The notes beneath the pieces are model-generated. The model searched no databases. It was not told the DNA's origin and saw only the letters and a list, made by a program, of their open reading frames with translations. From an uncultured virus (IMG/VR IMGVR_UViG_3300038427_000461) (lineage: Duplodnaviria; Heunggongvirae; Uroviricota; Caudoviricetes), in IMG/VR virus record IMGVR_UViG_3300038427_000461: a stretch of 64,000 bases of DNA. One strand, written 5' to 3'. Of this stretch, positions 1 to 9,106 are shown one piece after another. The position numbers and the translations under genes are program-made. The stretch's first letter is position 1; every line of letters starts with the position of its first letter.

Positions 1-2
1 CC

Positions 3-623
3 CACATCATCGGCAGGGGGCGGTACGCGCGCGAGGTGTACCCTCGGGCCCCGCTGCCTGGGCCGACCGGCGCGTCTGGATCGCACGGGGGGCCGACCGG
101 GCCGCAGGGGAACACGGGGCCGACGGGCCCCACGGGGGCCACCGGCGCGACGGGAGCGACGGGAGCCGCGTCCACGATCACGGGGCCGACGGGGAACACG
201 GGTGGCACCGGGCCGACGGGGCCGACGGGGAACACGGGGCCGACGGGCCCCACGGGGGCCACCGGCGCGACAGGCACATCTGGAGTAGCGAATGGCGTCG
301 TTCAAGAGATTAGATTCGCTATCGGCACGGCGGCTGCCCAGAATTCTACGAATGCAATTCCGAACGGATCGATCGTCATCGACGCCGAGATCAAAGTCAC
401 GACGCCATACACTGCTGATACTACGATCACGGTCGGCAACGCGGGCGCGCCCGCGGCGCTCGTGGACACGGCCGACAACGTGCCGCAATCGACGGGCCTC
501 TATGCGGTGCATCAAGATACGACCTGGGCGGGCCCGGCGCTCATTCTCGTGACGGTCGGGGGCGCGCCCGGGGCGGGCGCGGGCGTGTGCATCGTGCGCT
601 ACGTGGTCAACCCGCAGACGTAA
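3..623 (+). CDS. Collagen-like (Gly-X-Y) tail fibre/whisker protein, 5' end probably outside window
   Basis: [20 protein letters not shown] triplet repeats followed by a globular C-terminal domain; reading frame is open back to position 3. Confidence 0.75.
   Translation, partial: HIIGRGRYAREVYPRAPLPGPTGASGSHGGPTGPQGNTGPTGPTGATGATGATGAASTITGPTGNTGGTGPTGPTGNTGPTGPTGATGATGTSGVANGVVQEIRFAIGTAAAQNSTNAIPNGSIVIDAEIKVTTPYTADTTITVGNAGAPAALVDTADNVPQSTGLYAVHQDTTWAGPALILVTVGGAPGAGAGVCIVRYVVNPQT
107..271 (+). repeat. 45-bp direct repeat (107-151 and 227-271) inside the collagen-coding region
   Basis: ggggaacacggggccgacgggccccacgggggccaccggcgcgac occurs twice, 120 bp apart. Confidence 0.9.
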
Positions 624-632
624 GGGGAATGA

Positions 633-2753
633 GTGACAGTGCAGAAAATCAACCTTCGCGGATCGCCGTGCTTTCTGCCGTACTACCCGATCGGCGGGGG
701 CGCGGACGACTGGCCGGCGATGCTCGCGGCGCTCGCGGTGGCGACAACGGTGGGCGTTCCGCTGATGCTCATGGCGACCCTGATAGACGGCGTGACGGCG
801 TCGGCCATCCAGTGCAAGACGGCCCCGACCGGAACGCAGATCCCCAACAACGCGAAGATCGTTTTTGCCGACGGGGCGCACGTCATTTCTTCGCTGGCGC
901 CGGTCGACGGACACACGTCGACGCCGTTTTTTCGGGATGGGAGCAACGGCGCGGTGGTCGTGACGACGCTCGCGAGCGCGGTGGTGCAAGGCACGGAGCT
1001 TCTCTCGCTCGTGACGTCGGTAGGGATCGCGATCGGCAACGACCTCATTTTGTCGGCCAGCGCGGAGCTTTTCGCGGGCTACACGGTCCAGGCGCTCGGC
1101 GTGGGGCTGGTGGGCACGCAAGACTTTACGGCGGCGGGCCTGTACGGCGGGGGCGGGGCGCTCGACGGGGAAAGCCTGATCCTGAACGTCAACGGGGCGG
1201 GGGCCATCAACCTGCCTTTGGCCGGAGGCGGGAACTCAGCGAGCGAAGCGGCCTTGCTCGCGTCGATCCGCGCGACGTGGCCGGCGCTGACGGTGCAAGT
1301 CGGCGGCTCGACCGGAAAAGAGCTTGTGCTCCTCGCGTCCACGTCGATCGTGGTGGGCGCGGGCACGGCCAACGCAAATCTAGGCTTGGCCGCGCCGACG
1401 GTGATCGCCACGGCCACCGTCGAGCGGCCGATCCTCAAGCCGTTTCCTTTCGGCACGTCGGTGGAGGTGTCGCCGGGCTTCCCGCGCAACATCACGATCG
1501 ACGGCGGGGGATCGGGCATCTTGAGCGGGACGGGGGATCGAGGGTTTCAGTTTGTCTTCGCGCAGGACTGCCGCTTGCAGAATCTGCGAATCAATTCTTC
1601 CTTTACCAACTTCACGGCGAGTTTCGATTATGGGGGCCTGCGATGCCTTCATGACAGCATCGTGGTCACGACGGTGACGGGCAACCCCAACGGCCTGGCG
1701 ATGGAGGACGGCGAGGCGGGGATCATCCGGGCGTGTACGGTGTACGGGATCGCGGGCGTCTCGTGCTTCGAGTTTGTCGAATGCGAGCAATGCTCGATGT
1801 CGGACTGTCTCGCGGAGAGCGGGCAAGCGGGCTTCACGCTCACCTATGAGGCGGGGCACGTCGAGGCCAACCACGGGATCTCGCTCTGCCGCTGCCGGGC
1901 GTTCTCGTGCATCGCGGACGGTTTCGATCTTAACTACGGCGCCCAGGTCGTGCTCTCCAACTGCACGGCGCAGTATTGCGGAGGCTACGGGCTTTTCGTG
2001 CTCGATACGCTCGACGTCGAGGACGCGAACGGCCGCTACCTCAACAACGGTCTCGACGGGATCTACTTCAACTCACCGGACGTCTTGCGCATGCAAGGCA
2101 CGGCGACGGCCAACAACGGCACGGCGGGCGGGGTGCATGCGGGCTTGAACCTTCCGCAGAGCGGAGCCACGGCGCTCCTCTCCAACTTCTACTCCGACGA
2201 GCCGAAATACGGGATCAACCCGACGGCCAACAACGTGACGATCTCTGTCAGCGGCTGGCTTCACTTGAGCACGAACGGCACCGGGGCGGCCGCCGCGATG
2301 AATATCAACGTGTCGGGCGGGCGCTTCAACGTGTGCGGCCTTTCCGTGGGCGCGATGGCCGGAGGGGGCAACGTGGGGATCTACGTGACGGCCGCCAGCG
2401 TGCTCTCGATCGATGGATCCAAGTGCCTGACGGGGATCTTTGCGGGGATCTACGTGGACACGGGGGGCACGGCGCGCGTGGGCACGTCGGTGGACGTGAG
2501 CGCGACGGGCAACAAGTTCGATCAGGCGGGCGCGGGCTTTTTCAACTTCGGCACGGTGCAACTGAATGGCGCGGCGGGCGTGGCGCTCGCGTTTCCGGAC
2601 GCCAAGACCACGGACCATTTGCAGATGACGCGCAAGACTGCTGGGGGCACTCCAGGGTTTGCCCCAACCTGGACGGTCACGGCGGGTACAGGCTTCACCG
2701 TCAGCGGCACGGCGCTGGATACCTCGACGTACGACTACCGGATCCTTTCATAA
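633..2753 (+). CDS. Tailspike / depolymerase-like protein with right-handed parallel beta-helix
   Basis: 706 aa, Gly/Ala/Thr/Asn rich; GADD..A.. start motif and beta-helix-type repeats (NITIDGG, CRAFSCIADGF, NCTAQYCGGYG, NNGLDGIY). Confidence 0.65.
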   Translation: MTVQKINLRGSPCFLPYYPIGGGADDWPAMLAALAVATTVGVPLMLMATLIDGVTASAIQCKTAPTGTQIPNNAKIVFADGAHVISSLAPVDGHTSTPFFRDGSNGAVVVTTLASAVVQGTELLSLVTSVGIAIGNDLILSASAELFAGYTVQALGVGLVGTQDFTAAGLYGGGGALDGESLILNVNGAGAINLPLAGGGNSASEAALLASIRATWPALTVQVGGSTGKELVLLASTSIVVGAGTANANLGLAAPTVIATATVERPILKPFPFGTSVEVSPGFPRNITIDGGGSGILSGTGDRGFQFVFAQDCRLQNLRINSSFTNFTASFDYGGLRCLHDSIVVTTVTGNPNGLAMEDGEAGIIRACTVYGIAGVSCFEFVECEQCSMSDCLAESGQAGFTLTYEAGHVEANHGISLCRCRAFSCIADGFDLNYGAQVVLSNCTAQYCGGYGLFVLDTLDVEDANGRYLNNGLDGIYFNSPDVLRMQGTATANNGTAGGVHAGLNLPQSGATALLSNFYSDEPKYGINPTANNVTISVSGWLHLSTNGTGAAAAMNINVSGGRFNVCGLSVGAMAGGGNVGIYVTAASVLSIDGSKCLTGIFAGIYVDTGGTARVGTSVDVSATGNKFDQAGAGFFNFGTVQLNGAAGVALAFPDAKTTDHLQMTRKTAGGTPGFAPTWTVTAGTGFTVSGTALDTSTYDYRILS

Positions 2754-3065
2754 AGCTGTTCGTCCGCAACAGGCGATGCCGGGGCGCTCGGCGCGCAACC
2801 GAAAGGCGCGGCCCGCGGGCGTCGCGGCGCGGCGCCTGGCCGAGGATCGAGCGGCGGGCCGCGGCGAGTCGCCCTCGCCCGGCGTGAGTGCCGAGCGTTG
2901 CCTGGTTAGTCGCGGCGATTGTTACATAAGGTCCGGAGTCCCGAGCGAGCCACGTATCGCATACGATGCAATGCAGCCGGAGTGTGGCAGCATGTCGTGT
3001 ACACATGACAGGTCCGCCCCCGCGCGGCCGGCAACGTGTTCACTCCAGCTAGGTAGAATCCCCCC

Positions 3066-3707
3066 ATGAACCCAATCATCGAAGCCGTCCCCGACTGCTT
3101 CCTCTTCGACACGGACGTGCCCTGCTCGCTCGGCCAGCTCCTCGCGCTCGCCGCCATAGGATTCAAGGGCGGCATCCGCACCGTCACCATGAACCCGGCG
3201 CCCTCCGCCAGCGACATCACGGCGAAGGAGGTCGAGAACTTCATGGCGGCCGGGCTCGGCCTGATGCTCTACCAGCGCGTCCGCAATCCCGGCTGGCTGC
3301 CCTCCGCGACGCTCGGCAAGGCCGACGCCGAGGTCTTCCTCGCGAAGGCGACCGGCGCCGGCTACCTCGCCGGCGGCAGCGCCTGGGACGACCTCGAAGG
3401 GATCGGCGGCAACAGCGGCGCTACGATCGCGTACGCGAACGAGAAGGCGGCCGACCTCAAAGCGACGTACGTCCCCGGCGACTACATCGGCGACGACGTG
3501 CCGCTCACGGGCGACGAGCTGTACCACGACCTCATCGTCGGCAGCTTCTGGAGGAGCGTCTCCCACGTGCCCGACGTCTCCGTGCGCGGCTACCAGCTCG
3601 TTCAGCTCGTGGAGGACGTGTCCGTCGCCGGGATCCTCGTCGACATCAGTCTCGCGCGGGCGGACAAGCTCGGCGGCCGCGCCTCCTGGATGCGCAACGC
3701 TTCTTGA
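3066..3707 (+). CDS. DUF1906 / Rv2525c-like glycoside hydrolase (putative endolysin)
   Basis: DITAKEV..FMAAGLGLMLYQ, G..DA...A...G, DLEG and late VDIS motifs typical of this TIM-barrel family. Confidence 0.65.
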   Translation: MNPIIEAVPDCFLFDTDVPCSLGQLLALAAIGFKGGIRTVTMNPAPSASDITAKEVENFMAAGLGLMLYQRVRNPGWLPSATLGKADAEVFLAKATGAGYLAGGSAWDDLEGIGGNSGATIAYANEKAADLKATYVPGDYIGDDVPLTGDELYHDLIVGSFWRSVSHVPDVSVRGYQLVQLVEDVSVAGILVDISLARADKLGGRASWMRNAS

Positions 3708-3710
3708 CGG

Positions 3711-3728
3711 TGACATGGTAATATGTCA
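3711..3728. promoter_or_regulatory. Palindromic operator TGACAT-N6-ATGTCA upstream of the BrnT cassette
   Basis: Perfect 6-bp inverted repeat just downstream of a TTGACG -35-like hexamer and before the brnT start. Confidence 0.6.
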
Positions 3729-3744
3729 TACCAGCATCAGTCAC

Positions 3745-4053
3745 ATGAACTACACGATCGAGTACGGGGAGTTCGAGTGGGACGAGGAGAAGGCCAAGGA
3801 CAACAAGCGCAAGCACGGCGTGAGCTTCGAGGAGGCGACCACGGCCTTCGACGACACTCGGCACCTCGTCGACCCGGACGCCGCGGACCCCGAGCGCTTC
3901 GTACTCATCGGGATGTCGAACAAGGCGCGCGTGCTCTACGTCGTCCATGCAGAACGCGAGCACCGCAAGCGCATCCGCTACCGCATCATCAGCGCGCGGT
4001 TGGGCAATCGAAGTGACGCAGTGAAGTACGCGCTCGGCGACGTAGAGAAGTGA
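3745..4053 (+). CDS. brnT: BrnT family ribonuclease toxin (DUF497)
   Basis: FEWDEEKA..N.RKHGVSFEEA...F.D, ERF..IG, RIISAR signature. Confidence 0.9.
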   Translation: MNYTIEYGEFEWDEEKAKDNKRKHGVSFEEATTAFDDTRHLVDPDAADPERFVLIGMSNKARVLYVVHAEREHRKRIRYRIISARLGNRSDAVKYALGDVEK

Positions 4054-4062
4054 GAGAGGAAC

Positions 4063-4392
4063 ATGAACAAGCAAAAACTGCCACGCGGGGTGTTCGCCCG
4101 ACCCAAGCGCCGCTACCCGCTCGTGCTCCTGCGGAAGGCGACCGACCGCAGCCAGAAGGACGTCGCCGAGATCGCCGAGATGACGCAGGGGGAGGTCTGC
4201 CGCATCGAGCAGAAGCGCGACGCGCGCATCTCCGCGCTCAGCCGCTACGCGCGCGGCCTCGGGGGGCGCGTCCACGTCTACGTCGAGCTGGGGGGCCACG
4301 AGTACGAGGTCGACCTGGAATCGAGCGAAGAGGGTCTGGAGGCGCCCCCGCTGCGAGTGGCGCGTCGGGTCGAGCGCGCCACCGCAGGATGA
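4063..4392 (+). CDS. XRE-family HTH protein, putative antitoxin for BrnT
   Basis: LRKA...SQKDVAEIAEMTQGEVCRIE...ISALSRYARGLGG. Confidence 0.8.
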   Translation: MNKQKLPRGVFARPKRRYPLVLLRKATDRSQKDVAEIAEMTQGEVCRIEQKRDARISALSRYARGLGGRVHVYVELGGHEYEVDLESSEEGLEAPPLRVARRVERATAG

Positions 4393-4649
4393 TCGCCGCC
4401 AAGGCGGCCGTCTGCGGCTCCACGAGCTGCACGAACAACGCGAACCGCGCCGTGACGGCGTGCTGCTCGAGTTGCGGCAAGTGCGGCGCCTGCACCCTCC
4501 ACGGGGACTGCGCCGCCGGCCGAGGGCTGGTCGACCCCATCGTGGCCACCTGCTCCAGCGACGACTGCCAGAACCAGGCGAACGGCTTGCAGGTGCTCGT
4601 CTGCCTCGTTTGCGGCCGCTGCGGGAGCTGCTCCTTCCACGGGCACTGA
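4389..4649 (+). CDS. Small Cys-rich protein with two internal repeats
   Basis: ATGA-coupled to upstream stop; repeats C....C.N.A......C..CG.C..C..HG. Confidence 0.6.
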   Translation: MIAAKAAVCGSTSCTNNANRAVTACCSSCGKCGACTLHGDCAAGRGLVDPIVATCSSDDCQNQANGLQVLVCLVCGRCGSCSFHGH

Positions 4650-4716
4650 GCCCCTCCCCGCCGCCCGCGGCGCCCGCGTTTGACGAACGGCCGGAGACGC
4701 GTGGTACGCTAGAGGT

Positions 4717-4986
4717 GTGGACGTCGTCGTCGAGGCCCTGACCCGCTACGGACTGCCCGGCGCGATCATTGCACTCATCGCAGTCCTGTACGTCCTGAAG
4801 GACCGCGAGCTGCGGTCCGTGCGGGAGGCCAAGGACCAGGAGCTGAAGGTGGAGCGCGACGCCCGCATCAATGACTCCAAGGAATACCGGGAGCTTGCGC
4901 TCAAGCTCCAGGCTCAGGTGATCGACACGGTCAACACGCTGCGGACCGTCTTCGACGAGGTTCGCAGGTTGCCTGCGCAGAGGTGA
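4717..4986 (+). CDS. Single-TM plus coiled-coil membrane protein (holin-like candidate)
   Basis: N-terminal hydrophobic helix YGLPGAIIALIAVLYVL then charged heptads; near putative endolysin. Confidence 0.5.
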   Translation: MDVVVEALTRYGLPGAIIALIAVLYVLKDRELRSVREAKDQELKVERDARINDSKEYRELALKLQAQVIDTVNTLRTVFDEVRRLPAQR

Positions 4987-5228
4987 ACAAAATGCACTTC
5001 CCGTTCTTGAAGAAGAGGGCGAAGAAGACGACGGACAGCGGCGAGCACCCGGCGGTCGTCGACTACAAGAAGACCCTCGAGTCGATCAAGGCCGACCAGT
5101 GCGCCGACCTCGACCGGGTCAACCGGGAGATCAAGCAGTACCTGAACGAGGTCACGACGCCCGTGCCGCCCGCCCGGACCTCGGACCCCGTGCACGACCC
5201 CGAAGCGACGACGCTCCCAGGGATCTGA
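4983..5228 (+). CDS. Hypothetical protein
   Basis: GTGA overlap with upstream gene, phage-typical codon usage. Confidence 0.55.
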   Translation: MNKMHFPFLKKRAKKTTDSGEHPAVVDYKKTLESIKADQCADLDRVNREIKQYLNEVTTPVPPARTSDPVHDPEATTLPGI

Positions 5229-5240
5229 GCGCCCCCCGAA

Positions 5241-5275
5241 AGAAAAGAGCCGCTCCCGGACCATCCGAGAGCGGC
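5241..5275 (-). terminator. Intrinsic terminator for the leftward TA cassette
   Basis: gccgctc...gagcggc stem followed on minus strand by tcttttct; a second hairpin gtccgcgggcg/cgcccgcggac lies at about 5299-5347. Confidence 0.6.
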
Positions 5276-5350
5276 CCCAGCCGCGCGCGCGTGTAACGGT
5301 CCGCGGGCGAGGCTGCGAAGACGGCGAACGTAAGGCCGCCCGCGGACGGG

Positions 5351-5800
5351 TCAAGTGTCGAGACGTATCGTCCTCGCGAGCCTCGTGGGCGCCCGCGCAG
5401 CGGAGAGCTGGTCGCGAGTGCGCTCGCTGCCTTCCAGGCGATCTCGCACCATCGCGGCCAGCGTGACCCACGCGAGCCGATCGAGCGGCCTCTCTTCGTT
5501 CTCCCACCGCGAGATCGTCTCGGGCGCCACGCTGAAGTCCAGGGCAAGCTCGCGCGCCGTGAGGCCCAGCGCGTGCCGCATGAACCGGAAGGACTTGCTC
5601 GAGACGAGCCCCGCGTCGCCCAGCGTGCGGGCAGTTTCTAGCTCGACGCGGGCAAGCTCGTCCAACGCGACGAGGCTCTCCCCACACGTTCGGCACACCT
5701 CGGCCGCGACTCGCCCGGTGAACCGCCGCCCGTCGAACCGGATCACGTGGTCTTCGCTGCGACGCTCCACCGCCGCAGATCCGCAAGATGCGCACTTCAT
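5351..5800 (-). CDS. MqsA/YgiT-type zinc-ribbon plus HTH antitoxin
   Basis: MKCASCG...C.TCGE zinc ribbon, then FRFMRHALGLTARELA...V.PETISRWENE HTH. Confidence 0.85.
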   Translation of the reverse strand: MKCASCGSAAVERRSEDHVIRFDGRRFTGRVAAEVCRTCGESLVALDELARVELETARTLGDAGLVSSKSFRFMRHALGLTARELALDFSVAPETISRWENEERPLDRLAWVTLAAMVRDRLEGSERTRDQLSAARAPTRLARTIRLDT

Positions 5801-5810
5801 CGGTCTCCTC

Positions 5811-6065
5811 TCAAAATACGGTGATGACGATCACTTCGTCCTCGATGATCACCACGGCGGTCAGCGCGTCCCCGTCGAGGTCGGGTCCAGTGACCTTCCA
5901 GCGCTCGCCGCTGGGTGAGCACGAAGTTGCGTTCTGCAGCGCGCGCATGACGTGCTCGACGCTCGCACCGCGCTCGCCCATCCGTTCGCGAGCGTGGCGC
6001 GTGAACCGCACACGATTTGCTGCCGCGTAGCTGCGTACATGCCGGAGCGCCTCGTCGGAGGTCAC
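5811..6065 (-). CDS. DUF4258 family putative toxin (RelE/MqsR-like fold)
   Basis: FTRHARERM.ERG....V...L, G.DLDG..L.VV, VIVITVF; upstream of MqsA-like gene. Confidence 0.8.
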   Translation of the reverse strand: MTSDEALRHVRSYAAANRVRFTRHARERMGERGASVEHVMRALQNATSCSPSGERWKVTGPDLDGDALTAVVIIEDEVIVITVF

Positions 6066-6072
6066 CGGTAGG

Positions 6073-6102
6073 AAGGTACCACGAGTTGACGATCCGTCAA
6101 CT
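6073..6102 (-). promoter_or_regulatory. Promoter TTGACG-16-TACCTT overlapped by perfect palindrome AGTTGACG-N3-CGTCAACT
   Basis: 8-bp inverted repeat at 6084-6091/6095-6102; -10 hexamer is 7 nt from the GTG start. Confidence 0.7.
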
Positions 6103-6104
6103 GT

Positions 6105-6407
6105 TCACTTCTTCGCTGGGTCCGGCGTGAGGTTCCGCTTCGCGTCTGGCGTGCCGGGCCGCGTGGGGTTCTCGTCGGTCTCGAGCGCCACGGAGTGCGC
6201 GACGTCGCCGGCGCGGTCGAGCGGGATCTGCCAGTGCGTCTCGAAGGCCGCGCGGATCGCCCCGCACCGCTTGCACCATAGGAACCGCGACGCCTCGAAC
6301 TGACCGCTCCGCGACCCGGTGCGGGAAGCAGCCTCCACGCTGCCGGCGGGACGGTGGTTGACCGACGACCCACACGCGCACGTGTCGGCGAGCGGGACGT
6401 CAGCCAA
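6105..6407 (-). CDS. Hypothetical zinc-finger protein
   Basis: CACG...H and WCKRCGA motifs. Confidence 0.5.
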   Translation of the reverse strand: MADVPLADTCACGSSVNHRPAGSVEAASRTGSRSGQFEASRFLWCKRCGAIRAAFETHWQIPLDRAGDVAHSVALETDENPTRPGTPDAKRNLTPDPAKK

Positions 6408-6434
6408 GGAGCACCACCTCTCTGAGGTGGAAGG

Positions 6435-7205
6435 CTAGGGCGCGCGCTTGCCGTCCGCAAGGAACGGGTGCGCCTTGAGCGCGCGCTGCGCGAAGTTCCA
6501 CCGCTCGTCGGCCAGTGGGTGGGGGCCGGTCCACTCGCCCGTGTAGCCCGAGAGGCTACCGGTGCGCTTCATGCTCCGGTGCGCGATCTCCAGTGCGCAC
6601 GCGGCAGCGTCCGAACGTGACTGCGTGATGACTTTCTGGTTGCACACGCCGTAGAGCGGCGCGTCCCGGTCGATGATGGGGTGGATCTGCCAGATCGTGA
6701 ACGCCTCCCCGGCGGCCTCCCCCGCGTGACGATCGCAGTTGCCCCAGCGCGTCAACCGTTGGCCCTCCGCCGACTTGACCCACTCGGGGTCGTTGCATCG
6801 AAGCTGATCGACGTACTCCGCGTACCTCGCGCCCTCCCAGTACCCGAGCCCCGCGAGCAGCACCGCGTCGCGGTAGCGTTCCTGCGCGTTGGTGTTCCCC
6901 GCCGTGGCGATGACGATGTCTTCGGCCACATCCCGGTACGGGACTGCAGGCACCGCAGGGAGCGCCGGTGGCCAGTCCAGCATCACCGCGAGCAGGCGGT
7001 CTACGAGCTGGTCGTCGTGCGCGATGACGGACTGCGGTGCGGGGACGGGGACCGGGGGTGGATCGCCAGGTCCCGTCAGCTCGCTCTGGAGTGCTGGAAG
7101 CGGCGCGGGCGCCGACGTGTCGGCGCGCACGGAGTGCGAGAACGGGATCGCCACGGTCACGAAGCACAACGACGCGAGGCAGAGGGACAGGATGGTCTTC
7201 AGCAT
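6435..7205 (-). CDS. Secreted protein with lysozyme/transglycosylase-like domain
   Basis: Signal peptide MLKTILSLCLASLCFVTVA, Pro linker, LLAGLGYWEG (putative catalytic Glu), GEAFTIWQIH resembling the GxMQ motif. Confidence 0.45.
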   Translation of the reverse strand: MLKTILSLCLASLCFVTVAIPFSHSVRADTSAPAPLPALQSELTGPGDPPPVPVPAPQSVIAHDDQLVDRLLAVMLDWPPALPAVPAVPYRDVAEDIVIATAGNTNAQERYRDAVLLAGLGYWEGARYAEYVDQLRCNDPEWVKSAEGQRLTRWGNCDRHAGEAAGEAFTIWQIHPIIDRDAPLYGVCNQKVITQSRSDAAACALEIAHRSMKRTGSLSGYTGEWTGPHPLADERWNFAQRALKAHPFLADGKRAP

Positions 7206-7301
7206 CCGGGGAGCCTGCCCCGGGCTTGCACGCCGGGTCAAGCTTTGTTGAACTACGGGCCGGCGCACACGCGAGCACACCCGCGCCGAAGACGAGTCCA
7301 C

Positions 7302-7685
7302 ATGAAGATCCTCATCGTCGAAGACGAGCCGGCCGCTCGTCAGCTCCTCACCACGTTTCTCGAGGAGGAGGGGCACGCCGTGTGCTGCACGTCCACCTGC
7401 GCGGGAGCGGCGCGGCTGCTCGCCGGCGAGTCGCCGGAGCTGGTGCTGCTCGACATCGACCTCGGCGAGATGGAGCTGAGCGGCCTGGATGTCGCGCGGC
7501 TGATGAAGAACGACCCCGACTGGAGTCAGATCCCGATCGTCGTCACGAGCGCCATGCCCTCGGCAGAGATCCGGTCGCGAGCCAGCGAGAACGTCTTCGA
7601 GGGGCTGCACTGCATCATGCTCGGCAAGCCGATCGACCTCGACAAGCTGCTCGACCTGATCCACCGCCACGAGAGGGTCCGGTGA
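7302..7685 (+). CDS. Stand-alone response regulator receiver domain (CheY-like)
   Basis: MKILIVEDE, PELVLLDIDL (phospho-Asp), SGLDV, IPIVVTSA, KPID. Confidence 0.92.
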   Translation: MKILIVEDEPAARQLLTTFLEEEGHAVCCTSTCAGAARLLAGESPELVLLDIDLGEMELSGLDVARLMKNDPDWSQIPIVVTSAMPSAEIRSRASENVFEGLHCIMLGKPIDLDKLLDLIHRHERVR

Positions 7686-7773
7686 AGCGGCTGCTCCTCA
7701 CCGTCCTCGCGCTCGTCGCCGCTCTGTTCGTCGGCGGTGGCGCGGCGTTCGTCTGCGTCCGGCTCGGGATCCG

Positions 7774-8166
7774 CTAACCGCGAAGCTCCAGGGCCTGCAC
7801 GAGCCAGGTGATGAGCGTGTCGGTCCGCTCCCCATTCTCTGATCGCGCCTGCATCTCCGTCATCGCGCTCCATCGTCGCTCTACGGAGGCACCACAACTC
7901 CCGCCGTTGGCCTCCAAGAACGTAGAGAGCGCCGCCCAGCCACTGCGCTTGTTGCCGTCCATGAAGACGTGCCCCTGGACGATGTACACGGCGTAGGCTG
8001 CCGCGATCTCAGGCACCGACTCGTAGTACGAGTTGTTGACGGACTGCACGGCAGCCTCTACCCCCTCGTAATTGGCTCCACGGTGACCGCCGCCCTCTTC
8101 GCCACCCCACTTCTCCAGAAGCACTTCGTGCATGCGGACCACGAGGGCCGCAGACAGGAACATCAT
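7774..8166 (-). CDS. doc: Doc/Fic family toxin
   Basis: HVFMDGNKRSG Fic/Doc motif. Confidence 0.9.
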   Translation of the reverse strand: MMFLSAALVVRMHEVLLEKWGGEEGGGHRGANYEGVEAAVQSVNNSYYESVPEIAAAYAVYIVQGHVFMDGNKRSGWAALSTFLEANGGSCGASVERRWSAMTEMQARSENGERTDTLITWLVQALELRG

Positions 8167-8447
8167 CGGCGCCTACGGCTGGGCGACGACGCGTCGTGCC
8201 CGCGGCCCTCGTCGTAATCCGCGAGCGCCTTGAATACGGGCGCCTCGCGCCGCAGTACGGCGGCGAAGGCTCGTTGAAAGACCTGCTCGCTCATGGTGCT
8301 GTCCGTCGGCTCGATCACGAGCTGCCGCCCTACGATGGACAACCGGATGGGCGTACCGCTCTGCACCCCCATCGCCTCCGCGATGTCCCGGGGGATGAGC
8401 ACGCCGAGGCTCCCCCCGATCTTGGTGACGTGTCGCTCGATGGTCAT
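8163..8447 (-). CDS. AbrB/MazE-type antitoxin
   Basis: VTKIGGSLGVLIPRDIAEAMGV..G..I.L......LVIEP; ATGA overlap with doc; TATAAT 7 nt upstream. Confidence 0.88.
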   Translation of the reverse strand: MTIERHVTKIGGSLGVLIPRDIAEAMGVQSGTPIRLSIVGRQLVIEPTDSTMSEQVFQRAFAAVLRREAPVFKALADYDEGRGHDASSPSRRRR

Positions 8448-8543
8448 GCCGTAGATTATACGTGCGTAGTATCTCGACGCCAGCACAAGATTCCTTCCCA
8501 TCCCGCAACCTGGCCCCGCGTTCCGGTGGTACGCTCTCCTCCC

Positions 8544-8768
8544 GTGGAAACGATCTCCCGCGGCGGCCGAACAGTCCGTGGCTTCGCGCTCGGCGATGCG
8601 GGCGAGACGGGTGGGGGCAGCGGCACCGTGGCGCTGGCGGCGGCGATGACCGGCGCCGCCGTGGGCCTGCTCACGCACGCGCTCAAGGTCCCGCTATGGG
8701 GGAGCGTCCTGGCGGGAGCGGGGGCCGTGCTGGTCACGAAGGTCGGCATCGACCGAGCGGCCGCATGA
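8544..8768 (+). CDS. Small two-helix membrane protein
   Basis: Hydrophobic Gly/Ala-rich segments; TGgTACGCT -10 upstream; ATGA-coupled to next gene. Confidence 0.5.
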   Translation: METISRGGRTVRGFALGDAGETGGGSGTVALAAAMTGAAVGLLTHALKVPLWGSVLAGAGAVLVTKVGIDRAAA

Positions 8769-9106
8769 CGAAGGAGACGACGATGATCACCCGCCGTGAC
8801 GCACTCCTCGCATCTGCTGCGCTGCCGCTCGCGGCCGCCGTCATCGACGCACCGCTGACCCAGGACGAGTTGCGGGTCCTGGCCATGACCGCCACACCGA
8901 GTGAGGTGTGGGAGGATCGAGAGCACGAATACTACGAGAACCGCATCGCTGCCCCCGGCACGGAACCGCATCGAATCGTCCGTGACCTGGAGACGAGGGG
9001 GCTGGTCATGCGGACAGAGACTCCGTGGCGGAGCGATATGCAGTGGGTTGCTGAGGCGACGCCGGCCGGGATCGAAGCGCTTCGCAGGGCCGGCATCGAA
9101 GTATGA
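8765..9106 (+). CDS. Hypothetical protein, possible winged-HTH C-terminus
   Basis: LETRGLV...ATPAGIEAL pattern; coupled overlaps on both sides. Confidence 0.45.
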   Translation: MTKETTMITRRDALLASAALPLAAAVIDAPLTQDELRVLAMTATPSEVWEDREHEYYENRIAAPGTEPHRIVRDLETRGLVMRTETPWRSDMQWVAEATPAGIEALRRAGIEV

